Source of the DNA: an uncultured delta proteobacterium
GTDB taxonomy: Bacteria; Desulfobacterota; Binatia; Binatales; Binataceae
Assembly: GCA_963842085.1 (NCBI GenBank)
Contig: CAWJET010000002.1
Location: 1,216,001 to 1,280,000, forward strand
Length of the DNA stretch: 64,000 bases
Reading direction: 5' to 3'
Position 1 is the first letter of the stretch. Each line of letters opens with the position of its first letter. Position numbers and translations under genes: made by a program. Positions 29,044 to 39,135 of the stretch are shown one piece after another. The notes under the pieces were generated by a model, which saw only the letters and a program-made list of their open reading frames with translations, was not told the origin of the DNA and did not search any database.

Positions 29044-29297
29044 GGCGCGTCGAGCTCAGGTGCGTCACTTTTGTTGCGTCGGTTTGCGTGAATCGCACGG
29101 ATCATGTCGTCGGCCTCGATGGGTGAAAGCGTCTCGCGAATATCGATCCACGGGTCGTTCTGGCACGGCGCCTTTCTCGCACTCGCTCTGGTCACGGTGA
29201 TACTGACTTCCTCATCAGGTACAAGATGGAAGCGGCGGCGGAGCCCAGGACTTAATTCCTTTGCTCTGACATTCCGTACCGTAACGCGGTTGCGCAC
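29040..29297 (-). CDS. probable antitoxin upstream of vapC
   Basis: 85 aa; GTGA overlap with the PIN gene. Confidence 0.65.
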   Translation of the reverse strand: MRNRVTVRNVRAKELSPGLRRRFHLVPDEEVSITVTRASARKAPCQNDPWIDIRETLSPIEADDMIRAIHANRRNKSDAPELDAP

Positions 29298-29395
29298 AAA
29301 TTGGCTCCTTCTAAAACGATGCTGGTGACTAGCATGCAGGGAACCGCGACCGCGCCCAAGTTAAATCGGTACGCCGAACGGTTCAGGCGCGGGAC

Positions 29396-29827
29396 TCGAG
29401 GCCAGGGTGAAGGCGTACAAGACGATCGGGAGCCCCGGCTATCCTACGGACGAAAGGGAAATACGCCGGCGGGTGACCGAGGATTTCAAGCGATCGAATT
29501 ATCCGGCGGGCTTTTCCCGGCAGGCGGCCGCCGCGCTGGCAAATGGCGATCGGCGCGCGGCGCTCAAACGGATCAAGGCGCCCACGGTCGTCATTCGGCG
29601 CGGACGATCCGCTCGTGCCGATTGAGGGCGGCCGCGATACGGCGGCGAATATCGCGGGAGCGGAGCTCATAGAAATTCCAGGCATGGGGCATGACCTCCC
29701 GGCCGCGCTCTATTCCAGGGTCGTTGACGCAATCGAATCAGTGGCGAAGCGCGCGCGCGTCGGTACGTCGTAGGCGATGTCGAAGTGGCTGCGCCAACCA
29801 AGCTGGCGTCGGGCTTCCAGTTTCTAC
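29396..29827 (+). repeat. 3' copy of the alpha/beta-hydrolase gene plus downstream flank
   Basis: Matches ~28152-28585 with substitutions and a 2-nt deletion; stop at 29771-29773. Confidence 0.92.
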
Positions 29828-29830
29828 AAC

Positions 29831-29873
29831 AATTCCCGGGCATGGGGCATGACCTGCCAGCAGCGCTCTATTC
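29831..29873 (+). repeat. short internal copy of the hydrolase 3' region
   Basis: AATTCCCGGGCATGGGGCATGACCTGCCAGCAGCGCTCTATTC versus ~28432-28473. Confidence 0.85.
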
Positions 29874-29874
29874 G

Positions 29875-29928
29875 GCACTGTCCTAAAACGCGACCGATTG
29901 TCCTAAGTGCCGACTGCGAGTGTCCTAA
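29875..29928 (+). repeat. triple TGTCCTAA phased repeat, copy 1
   Basis: TGTCCTAA at 29879, 29899 and 29921; whole ~55-bp block recurs at 34763. Confidence 0.8.
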
Positions 29929-30600
29929 TTGACGGTGGATAGACGTTCGCGCGGCAATCTGGTAGTGGCGGAAATTTGCTGACCGGGGTTTGGCCCCCCC
30001 TTCCCCCGGTCGGTGTTCGGGCTGGCGACTGAATTGGGACACCCCTCCCGCTTTCGCTGGCCCGTTCTTTTCAGGCGAGCGCGGCGGCGTGGCGGGACTT
30101 CATTCTTTGACTTTGTGGACTTTGTGGACTGTGCGTAAAAACACACGGCCCCCCAGTTCGCGCTCATCGCGCGTCCATTCTCCGCTCGCTGGCAATTCTT
30201 CGATCAGCGATGCGATCACTGGATTTATCTCGCCCGATCAAGCTGCTCCGCTGGTCGGCTGGACCCTGCCTGACGAGTTCGCGACCCTGCGCCGTCTGCT
30301 CGAGGCCCGCCTGGGTGGCGACCACCTCAGCCCGGGCCTACCTGAGCCTGCTGGCGGGAGGGGCAGCGTCATGAGCGATACACCGCAGGTGCTGCTGGCT
30401 CATCACCTCAAGGCGCTGAGGCTTCCGACCTTCCTGCGTGAGTACGACAAGCTGGCGCGCCAGTGCGCCGCCGAAGGCGTCGACCACTCCCGCTACCTGC
30501 TGCGTCTGGCCGAGCTGGAGATGATCGACCGGGAACGGCGGACTGGAGTTGACCCGGTTTCGTGGAGTGTGTTGGGGAAGAGAGTGAGGGAGGAAAGACG

Positions 30601-30915
30601 ATGGCCAAGACACATCCACCATACCCGGCTGAGTATCGGCGGCGGATAGTCGAACTGGCGCGCGCAGGCCGGCCGCTGACGGAATTGGCGCGAGAGTTTG
30701 AGCCGACGTTAGAGTCGATTCGGCAGTGGGTGAGACAGGCAGAGCTGGATGAAGGAGTGAGAAACGATGGCCTGACCACAAGTGAGCGCGAGGAATTGAG
30801 CCGACTGCGGCGCGAGAACCGGATTTTGCGCGAAGAGCGTGAGATCCTATCAAAAGCCGCGGCCTGGTTCGCCACGGAGACCGGCTCAGTGCCGTCACGG
30901 CGTTCCAATTCGTGA
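30601..30915 (+). CDS. IS3 OrfA (HTH)
   Basis: YPAEYRRRIVEL..IRQWV..ELSRLRRENRILREEREIL; AAAAG possible -1 slip site. Confidence 0.9.
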   Translation: MAKTHPPYPAEYRRRIVELARAGRPLTELAREFEPTLESIRQWVRQAELDEGVRNDGLTTSEREELSRLRRENRILREEREILSKAAAWFATETGSVPSRRSNS

Positions 30916-31892
30916 GCGCGAATCAGGCCATGTACGCAATCGCCACGATGTGCCGGGTGCTGGAGGTCTCCACCAGCGGCTACTGGGCGTGGCTAAGACG
31001 ACCGCGGTCGGCGTGGGCTCGGGCCGACGCGCAATTGACGGCGCGCATTCGCGCGATTCATGAACGGTCGCGCACCAGCTATGGCGCTCCGCGCATTCAT
31101 GCCGAGCTGTTAGCCGACGGCATCGCGGTCGGACGTAAGCGGGTGGCGCGGCTGATGCGCGCGGCGGGACTTCACGGAGTCAGCCGGCGCAAGTGGATCA
31201 CCACCACGGTTCGCGATCGCGCCGCGCGACCGGCGCCGGATCTGGTCGAGCGTAACTTCACCGCGGCGGCGCCCAATCAGCTGTGGGTCGCCGATATCAC
31301 CTATGTTCCAACCTGGGCCGGCTTTCTGTACCTGGCGGTTGTCCTCGACGCGTTTAGCCGCCGCGTGATTGGGTGGGCGATGGAGAATCATCTGCGCACC
31401 GAGCTGGTGTTGGCAGCGCTCAATATGGCGCTCGGGCAGCGCCGGCCGACCACGGTAATCCATCATTCCGACCAGGGCACCCAATACACCTCGATCGCGT
31501 TCGGCATGCGTTGCCGTGAGGCAGGAGTGCGTGCCTCGATGGGTTCGGTAGGCGACTGTTTCGACAACGCGATGTGCGAAAGCTTTTTCGCCACCCTGGA
31601 ATGCGAGCTGCTCGACCGCCACCGTTTCAAAACCCAGGTCGAGGCGAGGATGGCGATCTTCGACTTCATCGAGGGCTGGTACAATCCGCACCGCCGCCAC
31701 TCCGCCCTCGGCTATCGTTCGCCGCTCGAGTACGAACAAATCTATCGGGCCGAACCGAATCAAAGCATGCGGAGCTCGACCGCTCTGCGCACCGCTTGGC
31801 CGCCGAACAACGCGGCGGCCGGCGCGCTGCACGGCGCCGCGCTCTCGGATCAAGATTCCATAACGCTTTCCGGCCCCAGCCCCAATCGGTGA
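30912..31892 (+). CDS. IS3 OrfB (DDE transposase)
   Basis: WVADITY, HSDQGTQY, DNAMCESFF, YNPHRRHS. Confidence 0.93.
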   Translation: MSANQAMYAIATMCRVLEVSTSGYWAWLRRPRSAWARADAQLTARIRAIHERSRTSYGAPRIHAELLADGIAVGRKRVARLMRAAGLHGVSRRKWITTTVRDRAARPAPDLVERNFTAAAPNQLWVADITYVPTWAGFLYLAVVLDAFSRRVIGWAMENHLRTELVLAALNMALGQRRPTTVIHHSDQGTQYTSIAFGMRCREAGVRASMGSVGDCFDNAMCESFFATLECELLDRHRFKTQVEARMAIFDFIEGWYNPHRRHSALGYRSPLEYEQIYRAEPNQSMRSSTALRTAWPPNNAAAGALHGAALSDQDSITLSGPSPNR

Positions 31893-32760
31893 GGGCTGGG
31901 GCCGAAAAGCTGGTACCAGATGAACATCAAAACGGAACTCTCGACGAGACAAAACCAATGAACTAAAACCAAGCCCTAAACCGTCCACCGAAACGGGGCA
32001 GCTCCAGACCGTCGAGCGCCGGATAAAGGAAGCCAGGTTTCCCGCGGTCAAGAGTCTCGACAGCTTCGACTTCACCGCCATCCCATCGCTCAACAAGACT
32101 CTGGTGCTGGAGCTGGCTCGCTCGGAGTACGTCGCCCGCCGCGAGAACGTCATCGCGCTTGGTAACAGCGGCACCGGCAAGACTCACATCGCGCTGGGGC
32201 TCGGACTGGCCGCTTGCCAGAAGGGCCTCGCGGTCGGCTTCACCACCGCAGCGGCGCTGGTCAATGAACTGCACGAAGCGAGGGACGAAAAGCGCCTGCA
32301 GCGTCTGCAACGCCAGCTCGCCGGCTTAAAGCTGCTGATCGTCGACTACGTGCCGCTCTCGGCGACCGGCGCCGAGCTGCTGTTCGAGGTCTTCAGCCAA
32401 CGCTACGAGCGCGGCTCGATCATCGTCACCAGCAACTTGCCCTTCGATGAGTGGACCGGGGTGTTCGGCTCCGAGCGACTGACCGGCGCGCTGCTCGATC
32501 GCCTTACTCATCATGTCCATATCCTCGAGATGAACGGCGACAGCTTCAGGCTCAAACACGGCAGGCGTCAGATCGCTGACGATCCTCAACCGACCGAAGC
32601 CGGATAAGACCCCTCCGAGATCGTCGCTCGAACCCGGGAGTTCCTCGAACGGGGGGAAAATCCCCCTCGCACTCCTCCTGCCGGAACTCAAGCCAAGCCC
32701 GGCCAGACTGATGCATTTTTGCTCCGGCCTGTTGATGTACTTTTACTCCGGCGTTGACAC

Positions 32761-33480
32761 TCATTGGAGCAGCGCGCCGCGTACGCTCCGAAGACGCCCG
32801 TTGTAAGCCGTTCGCGGCGCCTCAAGCCGTGAAACTGGCGGCAAACGCGTCGTTTTCGAATTATCGCCGTTGATGTCGGTTTTAACTTGCGGCAGAGCCT
32901 GTCTTGCCCTGGACTGCCATTTGTTCAGCAAAAGGTACTGCTTTCCTCGGCGAATCAGAAGGTCATTTTCGGCCATTTCTGCGAGAAGGCGGCTGACCAT
33001 CGGCCTCGAGCAGCCGATCATTTCTGCAAGGTCTTCATGCGCAAGTTCCGGAATCAGGATGGTGCCACGCGCGTCTTTGACGCCCGCACGCTCGGCAAGC
33101 TCGCTCAGCACGACTTCCAGGCGTTCTTCGAAGAGAAGATTCAACAGCATCGCAAACCAGCGCAGATTTTGTGACCAGTAAGCATTTAGCGCCCGGAGCG
33201 CTTCGACCATGGCGTTCGCATCGAGGCTCCGCAGAATGCGCGCTATGTGGTCACGACTGACAAGCGCCACCACACATTTGCTCGAGCTTTGCGCTTCGAA
33301 CAGGCGCGCATGGCGACCCTTTGAATCAACATAATCGTCGAATCCAATCAAATCGCCCGGTCCCGCCAGGCGGATCAACGTACGGCTGCCATCGCCAACC
33401 GCACAATAGATCTTGAGATCTTGACGTAACCGGCAAGGACACACGCCAAGAGATCGTCTTTGGAACCTTCCCTACATCTC
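32761..33480 (-). pseudogene. Crp/Fnr-family regulator frameshifted near the 5' end
   Basis: GPGDLIG..HEDLAEMIGCSRPMVSRLL; tandem GATCTTGA duplication at 33409-33424 breaks DLLACVLAGYVKIYC; 5' limit approximate. Confidence 0.75.
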
Positions 33481-33580
33481 CCATCCACGAATTTTTCTTG
33501 TTCCGCCGATTTTTCGATCGGCCCTTAATCCATCTTTTTTTCCCGAAAGAGAGGTCTGGGCGAATAATTCATTGTCAACT

Positions 33581-33617
33581 CGATTCCTGTGGATAATTCG
33601 CCGATTCCTGTGGATAG
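33581..33617. repeat. direct repeat containing DnaA-box-like sequences
   Basis: CGATTCCTGTGGATA twice, 21 nt apart; TGTGGATAA (33588-33596) is a perfect DnaA box. Confidence 0.55.
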
Positions 33618-33885
33618 CTCCTCGTCGTAGGGAAAATTAACAATTAGGAGTAATTGAAATCTATTAAAGTAACCTAAAAGTCCATGGTGTTGTTTAAGCG
33701 ACGTCAAAATACTGCAAATGTGGACGCTAAGGCAAGTACATCACCAAAGGTGAACCGTGCATCCTAGCAATTCAAACGCTGACTGCTGCTAACCATGACA
33801 TACCACCAAAACGCACGAAGGCGCCCTTACGGACCCGATCCGAGTGGTATTGGCAAAACTTCGAAAGGTCCGCCCCGTAGCGTCG

Positions 33886-34041
33886 TACGGCGGCGAATAT
33901 CGCGGGCGCGGAGCTGATCGAAATTCCTGGCATGGGGCATGACCTGCCGGCCGCGCTCTATTCCAGGATCGTTGACGCGATCGAATCAGTGGCGAAGCGC
34001 GCGCGTGTCGGTGCGTCGTAGGCGATGCCGAAGCGGGTGCG
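33886..34041 (+). repeat. 3' copy of the alpha/beta-hydrolase gene
   Basis: Matches ~28396-28550; stop at 34019-34021. Confidence 0.92.
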
Positions 34042-34157
34042 GAATACTTCCAGTGTACGGATCTCGCACGAATACTGTCACCGGCAACTCCCTTGACCTC
34101 AGTTGATCCTTTTACCGAGGATCGTTGGGGCGGTAAACGGTTACCAGATTCGAAGAG

Positions 34158-34505
34158 TTAACGCGACACGGCAGCCGTGTCGCCCGAATTTCCTGGGGTC
34201 GAGTGCTGGGCGCAGGACCAGCCTGTCACCTGCGAGGCTTTGTCGGGTGTTAGGTTAGGGTCGTCGTAAACAAGGTCTATCAGCCCCCAGAGCAAAACCT
34301 TGAGGTCGTCATCGAGTCCGTCGTTGTGCCGGACGATTTCCATTTCGCGCAAACGCGGAATGCCCTCGTCGCGCGCCTCTGCCGCCTGCCTGGCTACCTG
34401 ACTTAACAGCCCGCAAAAGGCGGGATCAACAGCGCAGGCTGGAGTTGTGGCGGCCAGCACGCAGAGCGCGGCAATGGCTATAGCCTTAAACCTTCGCGCG
34501 CTCAT
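34158..34505 (-). CDS. hypothetical exported protein
   Basis: Signal-like MSARRFKAIAIAALCVLAATTPACA; two Cys in the mature part. Confidence 0.6.
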   Translation of the reverse strand: MSARRFKAIAIAALCVLAATTPACAVDPAFCGLLSQVARQAAEARDEGIPRLREMEIVRHNDGLDDDLKVLLWGLIDLVYDDPNLTPDKASQVTGWSCAQHSTPGNSGDTAAVSR

Positions 34506-34742
34506 GATAATTTCCAATTCGTTAGCGCTCCGAAGTGTCCTCACATTTTGGCAGCGCGTCGCTTCCGATTATAGACGGGCGCGCGGCTGGAAGGCGCATG
34601 GCGAGCTCAGCACAAAGCTTGAGACCGACCCGGACTGGCGCACGCTTGTCGCGTAGGTAACCTCGAGTGACAAGCCCTCTGCGGATCTGGTTTCATCGGC
34701 GGTCTACGCCGAGATCCCGCTCGGCTGAACGAATACCGCCGG

Positions 34743-34817
34743 AGGACAGTGCCCACGGGAAAGCACTGTCCTAAAAGGGCAACTGAGTGTCATAAGTGCC
34801 GGGCGCGAGTGTCCTAA
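34743..34817 (+). repeat. 10-bp inverted repeat plus triple TGTCCTAA block, copy 2
   Basis: AGGACAGTGC-N10-GCACTGTCCT; TGTC(C/A)TAA at 34767, 34788 and 34810. Confidence 0.8.
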
Positions 34818-34908
34818 GGTTGATCGATATACGCAGGTGGGAGCAAATTTGCTACAAGGTGGCGCTGGCCGGGTTTGCCGCCTTTCCGTCCGCGCCGGGC
34901 TGGCGTCC

Positions 34909-35139
34909 TTATGTGCGTCGGAAGTTTTTTTTCCCTTGTTCCTCGGCCATCCACTTTTCGATTGCACCTCTCGCGAACCGGTACAAGGAGCCGACCCTGA
35001 AACCGGGAATTTGACCATCGCGAGCCAGCTTTTCGAGTGTCCTCTGATGAATGCCGAAATACTGAGCTACTTCGGTAGCCGTCATGATCTGGCCGAGGCC
35101 AGCAACGCGACGGGGCTTCATTTCCGGTCTTTCTGTCAA
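34909..35139 (-). CDS. excisionase-like HTH_17 DNA-binding protein
   Basis: IMTATEVAQYFGI...LARDGQIPGFRVG..YRF. Confidence 0.85.
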   Translation of the reverse strand: MTERPEMKPRRVAGLGQIMTATEVAQYFGIHQRTLEKLARDGQIPGFRVGSLYRFARGAIEKWMAEEQGKKNFRRT

Positions 35140-35902
35140 CGTTTGCTGCCGCTCTGACCTATTATAGTGCTTGGATTATAGTGGTTGGACGACGCAATTC
35201 ATCTCATCTATTGGAGTCAGTTATGGCGTATATCGGCCAAGAGTTAAAACCCGGTGATGTTGTGGAAACTGCAGAAATCTACGAAGTCGAGCACCGATCG
35301 AAAGCACGAACAGAAGGCTTGATTGACAAAGGAATTCGAGGCGGCCGAGATGATCGAACCGCCGCACCGCGGGACTGGAGCCGAGGATCACAGGAGAGCT
35401 AAAGTCGTTTTTCGGACGAATTCTACTTGGCCGCATCTGCGGGACGCGACGTGCCGAAACGCTGAAGAGGGGCTCCTAGCTTGCCCCCAAACTGCCCGTC
35501 TTGCCCCGACGAAGTTCCCCGGTGCCACGTCTCGCGATCCTTTTGGCTGCAGCGCTCATGGCACGCATGTTCGGCAACGCCGACCACACAAGCACGACCA
35601 CAGTGAGTGTGACGAGATTTGCGAGTATCAGGGCGGTGATCCCCACGGTTACCCCATTGTCGTCGGATTTGAGTTCATTCTACATTTAGTAGAGTAACGC
35701 TACACACCATCCAAGTCCAGCGGTGAGAGGCCCATGGGCTTCAAATGACGCGTGCGGAAGTGGACATGCGGCGTGGTCCGGGACGAAGATCGGCTTGTCG
35801 GCACCGAATCAAAACTAATCCGGGGCGCGCTGACTCGCCACTCAATGAAGCGTGAAAGCCAGTTTCGGTTTCACTCACTCTTTTTCCGGCGGGGTCAGCC
35901 GA

Positions 35903-36292
35903 TCAACTCGCTGAGCGTTCGACGAATTCCAGGCGATTGCCCCAGGGGTCGCGCACGAAGAACCGCTCCTGGCCGGGAAATCGGTTGCCCGCGATTGTTT
36001 CGACGCCGGCTGTTTCGAGGCGATTGCGAAGCGCTTCAAGATTGGGGACGCGAAAGGCCGGGTGACGGCGCGACGCCTTGTTGACCACCGACGCGTCTTT
36101 CTCTGTGGTCAAGTGGAGCTGCTGCACACCACATCGGTACCATGCGCCGGGGCTGCCGCTGTCGGTGTTGGCGGGACGCTCGAGCGGCTCGAGGCCAAGC
36201 AGCTCCTGGTAGAATGCGCGCGCCTTCGAGAGCGCGTCGGCGCTGGTATCGATCAGAAGATTTACGTGATCGAGTCCGATAATCAGGTCCAT
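35903..36292 (-). CDS. VOC/glyoxalase family protein
   Basis: LDHVNL..ARAFY..LGL, QLHL, HPAF, RDPWGNRLEF. Confidence 0.88.
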   Translation of the reverse strand: MDLIIGLDHVNLLIDTSADALSKARAFYQELLGLEPLERPANTDSGSPGAWYRCGVQQLHLTTEKDASVVNKASRRHPAFRVPNLEALRNRLETAGVETIAGNRFPGQERFFVRDPWGNRLEFVERSAS

Positions 36293-36400
36293 CGGCATCC
36301 TCTTCGCATTCACCCGGTCGAGTAGAGTTTTTTCCAGCGAGCGTTCCGAGTCAATCGCCTTAAGCGTTCGCGACCAGCGTGGTATATCGTTGCGACATCC

Positions 36401-38386
36401 GTGAATTTTCGGTGGCTTCAAAAGCTCGCGACCGCTGCCTCGGTAATTGCCGCGATTTACCTGCTCTCGATCCTCGTGACGGGCGGCTATGCGGTGAATT
36501 TCGCAGGCGCCAGGTTCGACGCCAACAAGCTATGGCCCGCGATCGTCGCGACACTCGGATTCGCGCTGCTGCACACGGTCTTTCGAAACGGCTCGATCGA
36601 AGGCGCGTGTAAATCAAGCCCGGGATTCATAATTTTCTCGGTTGCGCTGATCGTATTTCTGGCCAACGGCCGTACGATTTCCGGCGGCGATTCGGTGCCC
36701 GCGAAAAACCTGCCGCTCAGCATCCTTGGCCACGGACACTTCTACCTCGATCAACTGGTAACCCCCGGCGAGAAAAAGATCCCCTACTATCTGCGTGAGA
36801 GTGGCGGGCATTACGTGTCCGACTATCCGGTCGGCGCCGCGCTGATAGCGTTGCCATTCTATGCGCCCTCGATCGTATGCGGCGTCAGCCCGAGCAGCCG
36901 GATTTTCTCCGAGCTCGAGAAAGTTTCGGCGGCGACGATCGTGGCGCTCTCGGTCCTGCTGCTCTACATGGCCGCCGCGCGCGTGACCGCCGACTGGATG
37001 GCGATGTTGCTGACGTTGGTCTATGCGTTTGGGACCACCAGCCTCAGCGTGAGCAGCCAGGCGTTATGGCAGCACGGACCGGCCCAACTCGCGCTCACCG
37101 CGGCGATCTATTGCCTGGTGCGCGCCCGCGACGAGTCGCGCTGGGCGGGATACGCTGGGCTGCCGCTCGCATTCGAGGTGATCACGCGTCCAGCCGACGT
37201 ATTAATCGCTGCGCCGCTCGGCTTGTATGTGCTCGTAAGCTATCGGCGCGAGATTTGGACATTCGCCGCAACCGCAATTGCCCCCGTTCTTTTTCAAGTG
37301 TGGTACAACGCCACTTACTTCGGCACGCCGTTTCGAAGCCAATTTTTCACACAGGCGGCTTCGGTGGGTGGCCAGCGCGTGCCGTCCGCCGGATTCTGGG
37401 CGACTCCCCTCGCGCGCGGACTGGCCGTGGTTGTACTGAGTCCCGGTCGCGGACTGCTCTTCTACTCTCCGATCTTCATTCTCTCGTTCGCGGGATTGGC
37501 GCTCGCGTGGCGCAAGAATGGCGAGGTTCTTCTGCGCTACTTGGGTATCTGCGCGATTCTGAGCATATTGCTCGTCGCGAAATGGCATAAGTCCTCCGGC
37601 GGCGAGTCTTTCGGCCCGCGCCTGCTCGCGGATGTCACGCCGATAATGGCGTTTGCCCTGATCCCCCTCGCAGACTGCCTCCGCAATCGCCGCGCGCTCG
37701 TGGTCGTGTTCGCTGTGCTGGGCGTATGGTCGATCGCCGCCAACGCGTCCGGCGCGTTCATCAGCTATCGAGCATGGAACAACTGGACCCTCGGCGATCC
37801 GGACACTCGGTTGTGGCTGTGGGGCGACAATCCGGTCGTCGATCCGATGCGTTCGACCTTCGACTCGATGAGAATCGCGCTGGAACATCGCGCGACGAGC
37901 CGCAACTCTCCAGACACGCTCGACGCCCTGCTGGTCACGCTGAGCGCGCCTCCGCCCGAGGCCGCGCCGGGAGCGCGCGTCCATGTCTCGATCCGTGCGA
38001 CCAACACCGGCAAAGCGGTGTGGCTCACCGGACATTCACCGGATGAACGTGGGGTGGTCAGTTTGGGATGGGAGTGGAAGCGCGACGGTAAAGAGATCGC
38101 TGACAGTGAAGTCCGGCGCGAGCTTCACCTGAATGTCTTTCCCGGCGATTCGATGGAGCTTGAAGCGTCCGCGATCACGCCTGATGCGCCGGGGCGTTAT
38201 GAACTGGAAATTTCGCTCGCGGTCCAAACCGCGGGACAGATCGCGCGACCGATAGGAACGCCGCTAGCGGTCGCGGTAACAGTGGCGCCATCAATCAACT
38301 CGACGCGATTCTACTTTCCCGGGTTCGTATCGAAATGCACCCAAAAATCGGTGCCCCGAACCGCTCCGACGGCGTTGGGTGTGTGA
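36401..38386 (+). CDS. polytopic membrane protein, GT-C glycosyltransferase-like, with C-terminal Ig-like domain
   Basis: Many TM segments, SQALWQHG, PGRGLLFYSP, FGPR; tail ATNTGKAVW..PGDS..PDAPGRYEL. Confidence 0.7.
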   Translation: MNFRWLQKLATAASVIAAIYLLSILVTGGYAVNFAGARFDANKLWPAIVATLGFALLHTVFRNGSIEGACKSSPGFIIFSVALIVFLANGRTISGGDSVPAKNLPLSILGHGHFYLDQLVTPGEKKIPYYLRESGGHYVSDYPVGAALIALPFYAPSIVCGVSPSSRIFSELEKVSAATIVALSVLLLYMAAARVTADWMAMLLTLVYAFGTTSLSVSSQALWQHGPAQLALTAAIYCLVRARDESRWAGYAGLPLAFEVITRPADVLIAAPLGLYVLVSYRREIWTFAATAIAPVLFQVWYNATYFGTPFRSQFFTQAASVGGQRVPSAGFWATPLARGLAVVVLSPGRGLLFYSPIFILSFAGLALAWRKNGEVLLRYLGICAILSILLVAKWHKSSGGESFGPRLLADVTPIMAFALIPLADCLRNRRALVVVFAVLGVWSIAANASGAFISYRAWNNWTLGDPDTRLWLWGDNPVVDPMRSTFDSMRIALEHRATSRNSPDTLDALLVTLSAPPPEAAPGARVHVSIRATNTGKAVWLTGHSPDERGVVSLGWEWKRDGKEIADSEVRRELHLNVFPGDSMELEASAITPDAPGRYELEISLAVQTAGQIARPIGTPLAVAVTVAPSINSTRFYFPGFVSKCTQKSVPRTAPTALGV

Positions 38387-38787
38387 ACTTCAAATGAACT
38401 GCTGCGCATCGCTCCGAGTATTACGGAGTGCAGATCGCCGGCCAACAGTCCGACCTTGGTCGGTGCGCCGACCCCGTTCACCAAGACGCTCTCATCTATG
38501 GTCAGCGTTGACGATGCGGTCAATTGCATAAAACTTTTATCGACCAGGCCGATCGTCAGCGACGAGTTCGGCCCCGTCATGATCTTATCGTGCAGCATGA
38601 TCAGCTCATTCATCTTCGCCGGCGTCGTCGCGCCATTGCGCTCGATGTTCGCCACACCTTGAAGTTGCGTGATCGTGCCGACGGTGTTTTGCGCGTGCGC
38701 GGCCGGGACCGCCGCCACTAACGTCAGCATCACCAGCGCGAAGAGCGCCGCCGTTCGAAAGAAACTCATCAGAATTTCCGTTTTCAA
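38311..38787 (-). CDS. FecR-domain exported protein
   Basis: Signal peptide; DKIMTG..; FEVHTPNAVGAVRGTDF. Confidence 0.8.
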   Translation of the reverse strand: MKTEILMSFFRTAALFALVMLTLVAAVPAAHAQNTVGTITQLQGVANIERNGATTPAKMNELIMLHDKIMTGPNSSLTIGLVDKSFMQLTASSTLTIDESVLVNGVGAPTKVGLLAGDLHSVILGAMRSSSFEVHTPNAVGAVRGTDFWVHFDTNPGK

Positions 38788-39074
38788 TGGTCAGCCTGTT
38801 AGCACCGACAACGTGCGTTCAGCAAACTCTAGTCTACAGGCTTTCCAGCAGGCTAAAAAGGGCTGTGGTCACGAAAAATTCTACGTACGCCGGCCAAAAG
38901 CAGCCAGTCGCCATGTACCGCTGCAAATTCAACCTGTCAGGGTATCACCTCTGCTGGGAATATCAGATCATCTCGACTGGCGCGAGGTTGAGTTCCGCGC
39001 CACTCGCCTAATTCACCAGTCCGAAACGCCGAATTTTCTGACCTAACCGATTGTCAAATGTAGCGAACGTTCAC

Positions 39075-39135
39075 GTGCGACCCGCGGAAGCTAGGTGCAG
39101 GGCGTCGGCAAAGTCCATTCCCTTCGCGTGCCCCG
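39075..39135 (-). pseudogene. PIN toxin fragment
   Basis: KGMDFADALHLAS motif only. Confidence 0.55.

Larger units (their letters stand above)
30544..32006 (+). mobile_element. IS3-family insertion sequence, apparently intact
   Basis: TIRs TGGAGTTGACCCGGTTTCGTGG / TGGAGCTGCCCCGTTTCGGTGG; 3-bp target duplication GAC at 30541-30543 and 32007-32009. Confidence 0.95.
30236..32759 (+). mobile_element. IS21-family remnant (istA mostly deleted, istB interrupted)
   Basis: istA scrap DQAAPLVGWTLPDEF; istB 30371-32607 (GNSGTGKT, Walker B shortened to LIVDYVP); right end ...CCGGCGTTGACA with internal repeats. Confidence 0.88.

Noticed and set aside
35223-35320. MAYIGQELKPGDVVETAEIYEVEH, a YjzC-like start
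   Set aside because: Similarity is brief and the remainder does not continue the family pattern.
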